The notes below the pieces were generated by a model, which saw nothing but the letters and a program-made list of their open reading frames with translations, was not told where the DNA came from and made no database searches. Shown here one piece after another: positions 55,299-55,918 of a stretch of 55,918 nucleotides of DNA. The first letter of the stretch is position 1. The number at the start of each line of letters is the position of its first letter. Source of the DNA: a virus (Duplodnaviria > Caudoviricetes); the IMG/VR virus record IMGVR_UViG_3300022926_001762, positions 1-55,918 of that record; one strand, written 5' to 3'. The position numbers and the translations under genes were made by a program.

Positions 55299-55549
55299 TA
55301 CTCCTCAACAGTTATTATTGTTTCATCCATATGGGCTCTCAATAGAAATCCATCTAAAGAGGAAAGGTTTAAGATCATTTTATATATCTTTTTGCTCATC
55401 GCCTTTGTTTTTTTTCTTTCTCTCTCGCTTGATTCAATTCCGAGGTTGGTATACATCGTCGCATCGATCTCTAAAAGACGATCCACTTTCCTTTTGACAG
55501 TCCAAGTTTTGTAATGAAAAACCTTATTGATTTCCTCTTCTATTGTCAT
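55298..55549 (-). CDS. Hypothetical protein
   Basis: 83-aa ORF coupled to its neighbours. Confidence 0.65.
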   Translation of the reverse strand: MTIEEEINKVFHYKTWTVKRKVDRLLEIDATMYTNLGIESSERERKKTKAMSKKIYKMILNLSSLDGFLLRAHMDETIITVEE

Positions 55550-55917
55550 TTTTTTATAATTTTTTCTATTTCAGGCTTAAAGAAATTTTTACCCTTTAGA
55601 ACTTTTCCGTCTTGTCTTTTTAAAACCTTGCCGTTTTCAAGCTTACTCATATTGCTATTATGAACCTCATTAAACAATTCATTGAAGTGCTTTTGAAGTC
55701 CATGAGCAACTATAAATCCATTCAAAACGTATTGCATGTCTACTATAGCATCAACAATCTCAACAAGATCATTGTTCTTACATGCCTCCAAATATTCAGA
55801 AAGCTCCTCCAGCATCAGATTATACCTCATGGTGTATTCTGATTCAGAAAGAGCTCTAGGCTTTTTTCCTATCGTTATTCCAAACGATTTATTGAACTGC
55901 TCTACTAGTTCTATGTG
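55546..55917 (-). CDS. MazG-like / PRA-PH-family nucleoside triphosphate pyrophosphohydrolase (5' end beyond the window)
   Basis: EEL.EY....D.VE..DA..D..YV..G and EVH.SNMSK...DGKVLKG; the frame stays open upstream of 55830 to the window edge (HIELVEQFNKSFG...). Confidence 0.85.
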   Translation of the reverse strand, partial: HIELVEQFNKSFGITIGKKPRALSESEYTMRYNLMLEELSEYLEACKNNDLVEIVDAIVDMQYVLNGFIVAHGLQKHFNELFNEVHNSNMSKLENGKVLKRQDGKVLKGKNFFKPEIEKIIKK

Positions 55918-55918
55918 T

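Noticed and set aside
2013-55842. Many 60-100 aa ORFs nested in or antisense to long genes
   Set aside because: They are fully overlapped by well-supported genes and have no recognisable motifs
1-55918. Stop-codon reassignment as in some crAss-like phages
   Set aside because: Long genes are intact in the standard code, and TAG/TGA end genes at sensible boundaries (for example 28196, 28980, 2500)

Overview
This window is part of the genome of a tailed dsDNA bacteriophage, most likely a podovirus-like phage of Bacteroidota (probably marine Flavobacteriia). The host call rests on repeated TAnnTTTG -7 promoter boxes, A-rich leaders without Shine-Dalgarno sites, a crAss/phi38:1-like structural gene order, and a phage groEL-groES. 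From left to right it holds: a repeat-rich non-coding region; groEL/groES; small basic proteins and a lysis block (M15 endolysin, holin-like proteins); tail-fibre/appendage genes; terminase, portal, scaffold, major capsid, head-tail rings and tail stabilisation protein; ejection proteins; and a convergent minus-strand block of nuclease and nucleotide-metabolism genes. The stand-out element is a ~10 kb cassette (about 33.1-43.0 kb) that appears to split the tail stabilisation gene. It interleaves extensin-like Pro-rich and mucin-like Thr-rich virion proteins with four enzymes: a GT95/GT96-like (hydroxyproline/serine O-glycosyltransferase-like) protein, a two-domain prolyl 4-hydroxylase, an O-fucosyltransferase-like/carbamoyltransferase fusion, and a GDP-mannose 3,5-epimerase. 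Together these suggest a phage-encoded, plant/algal-style hydroxyproline-rich glycoprotein pathway that decorates the virion. All family assignments come from motif recognition by eye; no database searches were run.
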